From positions 224,001 to 288,000 of the forward strand of contig JBFWNU010000002.1 in the NCBI GenBank assembly GCA_050250895.1: a stretch of DNA of 64,000 nt, written 5' to 3'. Positions within the stretch are counted from its first letter, which is position 1. Every line of letters begins with the position of its first letter. The position numbers were made by a program, and so were the translations under genes. Below, piece after piece: positions 59,884 to 64,000 of this stretch. Below the pieces are notes generated by a model that made no database searches, had not been told where the DNA came from, and saw only the letters and a program-made list of their open reading frames with translations. The stretch is from Vulcanimicrobiota bacterium (GTDB lineage: Bacteria > Vulcanimicrobiota > Xenobia > Xenobiales > JADMJV01).

Positions 59884-59913
59884 GACCAAATCGAACCTGA
59901 CATAACTGCGCAC
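59884..59913. repeat. Direct repeat copy 2, dif/att-like
   Basis: gaccaaatcgaacctgacataactgcgcac; reverse strand contains TTATGTCAGGT. Confidence 0.7.
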
Positions 59914-60357
59914 GGGGGGCCACTTCGCCGTCGCCGCACCTTCATTCGGCAGCCTGGTATGCCGAATTCCGCAGTGGGGCTGCCGAATCGCCGACCCGCC
60001 CCCCGGCAGAGGCTGTTTGGGCTGGCCGAGGCCCGCGGCTCAATGGGCTGGCCTGGTGGCCAAAAGCGAAGGCGCAGCCCCATCGCCGCCAGCGGAAATT
60101 TCGCGAGCACTCATGTGGTGGCCGCGGCCGAGCTGCCAGGGACGCCCCCGTCCTCCGGGGGATTTCTGAAAAAAAGTTGCGAGCCGCGAGAAAATACTCA
60201 TCTCGCGACATCGCCGACAAACTTCCCGTCAGAGCCGCGCGAGAGCTCCGGAGCCGGCTTTTTTCAGGATTTCTGACGATCGTTTCATCGAGCCGCTTTC
60301 AAAGCCCGCACATCATCATCTGGGCACCCAAGAAATCCTATAACCACGCCGTTTTTA

Positions 60358-60400
60358 GCTGTTCGTAATTTTGCTCGAACAGCCCTCGCCTCGGTAGAAT
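60358..60400 (+). promoter_or_regulatory. Inverted-repeat operator over the promoter of a leaderless HNH gene
   Basis: GCTGTTCG-N10-CGAACAGC; TTGCTC-N18-TAGAAT-N6-ATG. Confidence 0.55.
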
Positions 60401-60406
60401 AGGCGT

Positions 60407-61525
60407 ATGAAACCTCTTCAAGAATACACCCGCGAAGCCCTCACGCATCTCGAGCCCGAAGCTCTCCATCACATGGCCTGCCGCGCTTCCCTCGGCCTGG
60501 TCATCCACCGCATCCTCCTGGGCCGCTGCCTGCTGGCCCTTCAATCCACCGGTCGCTACCAAGACTTCGGTTGCAGCGGCCCCATCCACTACGCCATCCG
60601 CCTGCTCGGAGTGACCAAGAAGGAGGCCAACGCCTGTCGCCGCGTGGCCCGCCAACTCGAAGAACTGCCGCAGCTCACGGCCGCCGCCGAGGCGGGAAAG
60701 ATCGGCTGGGCGAAGCTGCGCGAGATCGCCAGCAAGGCTACGCCTGAAACCGAGAAGCTCTGGCTCGAGCTGGCCTCACAATACTCCACCTCGGTCATTC
60801 GCCGCCTCGTGGCAGCCACTCTCAAAGGAGGTCTGCCGGGCGAGCTGCCGCCGACCAAGGTCGAGAGCGAGGAGATCACCCTGCACCTCGACCCCGAGAC
60901 GACCGAGTTGCTGAAGCTGGTCTTGCATTCCCTCTCCCTCGGACGGGGCCGCAAGGTCGAGCTAAAGGAAGCCCTGGCCATCCTGCTGGCCCAGCATTTG
61001 CAGACCTCACCGGTCACCGAGAAGGACATCGAGGCGATACGCGCTCGAGCAGCCGCGGTGGCGGCCTCGCAGCAACGCAAACTGGCCGGGCCCATTCAGA
61101 GGGCGCACGAGTTGGCCCAGGAGCTGGGACTTCGTTCCCCGGGGGACGAGTGTTTCATGGCTACCACCGCCGTTGACGGGGACGAATGCCCCGGCAACCC
61201 CGAGGTCGAGCTCGCCCGTCGAGCCAAACCCCACTGGCGGCTCAGCTTCAACCCCAATGCTCGCGGGCTCACACCCGCCCAAACCGAGGTCCTCAAGGTT
61301 CGCGACTGCTACTGCTGCCAAACCCCCGATTGCCCCAATCACATCTGGTTACAATCCCACCACATCCGCTTCTTCGCCCTGGGCGGCCTGACCGTGCCGG
61401 CCAACTTGATCTTCCTGTGCACAGCCTGCCATCGCAACGTCCACGACGGCTTTCTTTTCATCGAGGGAACAGCCCCCGACGGCCTGACCTTCCGCGACCG
61501 CGAGGGCCGTCAATTCGAGCGATAA
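60407..61525 (+). CDS. DUF222-like HNH endonuclease, paralog of 57268-58326
   Basis: ILLGRCLLA, LEELP, TPETE, RDCYCCQTPDC..HHI..GGLTVPANLIFLCTACHRNVH. Confidence 0.88.
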   Translation: MKPLQEYTREALTHLEPEALHHMACRASLGLVIHRILLGRCLLALQSTGRYQDFGCSGPIHYAIRLLGVTKKEANACRRVARQLEELPQLTAAAEAGKIGWAKLREIASKATPETEKLWLELASQYSTSVIRRLVAATLKGGLPGELPPTKVESEEITLHLDPETTELLKLVLHSLSLGRGRKVELKEALAILLAQHLQTSPVTEKDIEAIRARAAAVAASQQRKLAGPIQRAHELAQELGLRSPGDECFMATTAVDGDECPGNPEVELARRAKPHWRLSFNPNARGLTPAQTEVLKVRDCYCCQTPDCPNHIWLQSHHIRFFALGGLTVPANLIFLCTACHRNVHDGFLFIEGTAPDGLTFRDREGRQFER

Positions 61526-61892
61526 CGCGGATCGTTTTGCCAGGGCCGAACGTGGGATACTACGAGCGTGACGAGCTCGTTAGCCTCAGGTCCGCTGGTG
61601 AGACCGAAACCATGGGATACCCCTTCGATGCTCAAAGCATCTCTCGGGAAGAAGTCACCTGGGCGATCCGGTTCGCAGAATGCCTCGGAGCTCTCGTGCA
61701 GCTGAGGTCGATTCAGGGGGAGTCCTGGAGTCCATCTCCTCTATGACATCTTAAGAGACGGAGAGCCTGTGAGTCTCCGCTGGCTAGAAAACGGGGCTCG
61801 CTAATCCCGGGACTGAAACGGCCAAGTACAAAACAAGCGCCAACCTCCCGCGTCCCCCGCGGAACTCCGCGGTTGCCCCAAATGCCAGGCCC

Positions 61893-62306
61893 CTAGCCGA
61901 AGATCCCATCCTCGATCAGGGGACCCTGATACCTGTTCAGTTCTTCGAGATTATCGTCGGTAACTTGCAAGAGGTCGACCAGCATGGCCGAGCCCTCTTC
62001 GATCAACTCGAGGCCGGCCGCCGCGACTTGACCTCCCTCAGCCAAATCCCGCAACTGGCCCAACCCTTCGTAGATGGCCTGCAGCGCAGCGGCGGCGTCT
62101 TGCACGAGTTCGACCTCGTCCACATGCTCGTCGCCGGGAACGAGCTGTTCCAGGCGAGCGTGCCAGGCCTCGAGGCGGGCCTCCATCTGCTCGAGCCGCT
62201 CTAGAAAAACCGCTGGCGTGATGGCGCCAGCCTGAAGGTCCGCTACCAGGCGCCCGGCCTGCTCGTGCGGACTGTCGGGAAAACGCATGCGATACCTTTC
62301 GAGCAA
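61893..62306 (-). CDS. Acidic helical hypothetical protein
   Basis: 137-aa ORF; start uncertain. Confidence 0.55.
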   Translation of the reverse strand: MLERYRMRFPDSPHEQAGRLVADLQAGAITPAVFLERLEQMEARLEAWHARLEQLVPGDEHVDEVELVQDAAAALQAIYEGLGQLRDLAEGGQVAAAGLELIEEGSAMLVDLLQVTDDNLEELNRYQGPLIEDGIFG

Positions 62307-62383
62307 ATTTGATCACAGTCATGTTCGCCACCCGACTTGAAGATTACTCTGACATCCTCAGGTTGTCTGAGGAGGTAACCCCC

Positions 62384-63007
62384 ATGAGAAAAATACGACT
62401 GATGGTGATGAGCCTGATCGTGGCTCTCACCCTGCCGCTCTACGCGGCTCCACTGTTTCCCGACGTTCCCGACGCCCATTGGGGCAGGGACGCGGTGGCG
62501 GCTTTGGCCGCCAAGGGTCTGGTTGAAGGCTACCCCGACGGTACCTTCAAGGGGGACCGGGCCGCGAGCCGCTGGGAAGTGGCCATGATCGTGGCCCGTC
62601 TGCTGGCAAAATGGAGCAGGCCCACGCTACTTTCGCAACCAAAGCCGAGCGGGTTATGACGTGACCGACGACTTCGCGGTGCGGGCGGGTTACACCCAAC
62701 TCGATGTCTTCGGCCATATCGACCCGCTGGGCGTATACAACAACTACGCCGCCACCATCGGTCAAACCCGATTCAACAACTGGGATATCACCCAGGGCAT
62801 CCCTGAACTCGGCTTCGACTGGAACATCTCGGACAAGACCACCTGGAGCCCGACCTTCAAGTACTATGACGAGACCGACCACCTTGCTAGCAGGGTGACT
62901 CCGTCCCCGACGGTACCGGCTCTCAACGTAGCCCTGGGCCCGCAGTCGCGCACCCGTTCAGCTATGAAGGCGTCCAGGTGATGTCGACCTTCTCGCTCAA
63001 GTTCTAG
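62384..63007 (+). pseudogene. SLH-domain outer-membrane beta-barrel (OmpM-like) remnant
   Basis: Signal peptide + FPDVPDAHW..GLVEGYPDGTFKG..RWEVA; frameshift near 62610; jump to a beta-strand C-terminus ending VMSTFSLKF*. Confidence 0.75.
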
Positions 63008-63018
63008 AGGGTGGACCC

Positions 63019-63051
63019 AGGTCCGGCCGGGCAACCGGTCGGGCCTCTTTT
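63019..63051 (+). terminator. Intrinsic terminator
   Basis: aggtccggccgg-gcaa-ccggtcgggcct-ctttt. Confidence 0.75.
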
Positions 63052-64000
63052 ATTTGCGCGCGTCGGCGGGCAGGTGGGTCTTGAGCTGGCGATAGAGATC
63101 GTCGGCTCCCTCGAGGCTGGCCGGGTCGAGGTTCATACCGGGTGTGAAAGCGAGAAACGGCCGGTCCTGACCCAGCCCGATACCCCCGTGCAGGCCGCGG
63201 AAGTCGCCGGTCGAGAAGTCGATCTGACCGTCACGGTAGTTTTCGCCGTAGACGATGATGTCGCCGCCGTTGGGCCGGTGGGCCTGACGGTGCAACTGGC
63301 GGGCCAAAAGCTCGGTGGGCCCAAAACGGGCCAGGGGATCCTCGCCCTGGATCTTGACCCCCTCTGCGTCGACCTTGACCGAGCCCTCCTTGCCCTCGAT
63401 CAGGGTGGCCTGACCGGCTCGCGTGACCACCAGGGCGACGCCCTGATGTTGCTTGAGGCTTGCCACGACGCCGGCCGGCAATTGGTCGCGCTCGAGCAGG
63501 CCCGGTAGAGCCGTGAAATAGAGATTGGCTCCCGAGCCGAAATCGAGCGAGAGGACCGTCTGGCCGCTCAGCTTCTCGGTCAGCTCCTGGATGGATTGAC
63601 CGTAGAGGTCGTCGAAGTGATAGGCGAAGACCTGGCCGTGGTCAGCCAGCAGGGCCATCTGATAGGGACGCTCGGCCCGGTCCATGCCTTCGAAGAGCAC
63701 CTTCAGGTCGCGGTCGACATACTTGAGCGAATCGAAAGCGATCGGTCCCGGCCCATGAGGATGGGACAAGCCATCGAAGTGGGCCAGGTCGACATACATC
63801 ACCGGCTCGCCCCGCTTCATTTCGGCGGCCATCGCGTGGACGGCCGCGTCGGAGGCAAAGGCCTCCTTGACGGCGTCTTTGACGATGGTGCCCAGAGGCC
63901 GGTGGGTCTGGTCGCGCAGTCGCCACTCGCTCCAGATTCGCCGGCTGATATGGACGGCTGTCTGGGCGGCGTGGGCGGGATGGGCCAACAGGAATTTGCC
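63050..64000 (-). CDS. Alkaline phosphatase superfamily protein (partial, 5' end outside window)
   Basis: YVDL..FDGLSH..GP, LLADHGQ, GLHGG..QDRPF metal motifs. Confidence 0.8.
   Translation of the reverse strand, partial: GKFLLAHPAHAAQTAVHISRRIWSEWRLRDQTHRPLGTIVKDAVKEAFASDAAVHAMAAEMKRGEPVMYVDLAHFDGLSHPHGPGPIAFDSLKYVDRDLKVLFEGMDRAERPYQMALLADHGQVFAYHFDDLYGQSIQELTEKLSGQTVLSLDFGSGANLYFTALPGLLERDQLPAGVVASLKQHQGVALVVTRAGQATLIEGKEGSVKVDAEGVKIQGEDPLARFGPTELLARQLHRQAHRPNGGDIIVYGENYRDGQIDFSTGDFRGLHGGIGLGQDRPFLAFTPGMNLDPASLEGADDLYRQLKTHLPADARK

Noticed and set aside
61552-61746. Possible 64-aa ORF after the second HNH gene
   Set aside because: No SD or recognisable motif; too little evidence.
1-64000. 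Many long antisense or alternate-frame ORFs in the ORF track; prophage or IS elements
   Set aside because: Such ORFs are expected in high-GC DNA and lack motifs; no phage structural, integrase or transposase genes were recognised.

Overview
High-GC bacterial chromosomal window. Gene style (SLH-anchored beta-barrel remnant, membrane Ser/Thr kinases, pilin-like modules, DUF222-like HNH genes) suggests a diderm Terrabacterium such as Ca. Eremiobacterota; this is inference only. The highlight is a translationally coupled quinohemoprotein amine dehydrogenase operon (cytochrome c, qhpA-D-C-B, qhpF, qhpE; 26369-35001). It lacks the O2-dependent Trp monooxygenase QhpG and instead carries a UbiV/UbiU-like pair of U32 Fe-S proteins, a candidate O2-independent route to the CTQ cofactor. 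A gene fusing PqqD/RRE-like domains to a 22-Cys tail converges on it. Also present: a toxin-antitoxin-rich region around tRNA-Trp with a truncated DUF3800 gene and a convergent structured ncRNA, a second candidate sRNA (46150-46329), two 'three minor pilins + Ser/Thr kinase' modules, two HNH genes around a decayed RHS toxin/immunity cassette with dif-like repeats, many apparently leaderless genes, and several internally deleted pseudogenes. No CRISPR array, rRNA, integrase or transposase was seen. All calls come from motif reading, without database searches.
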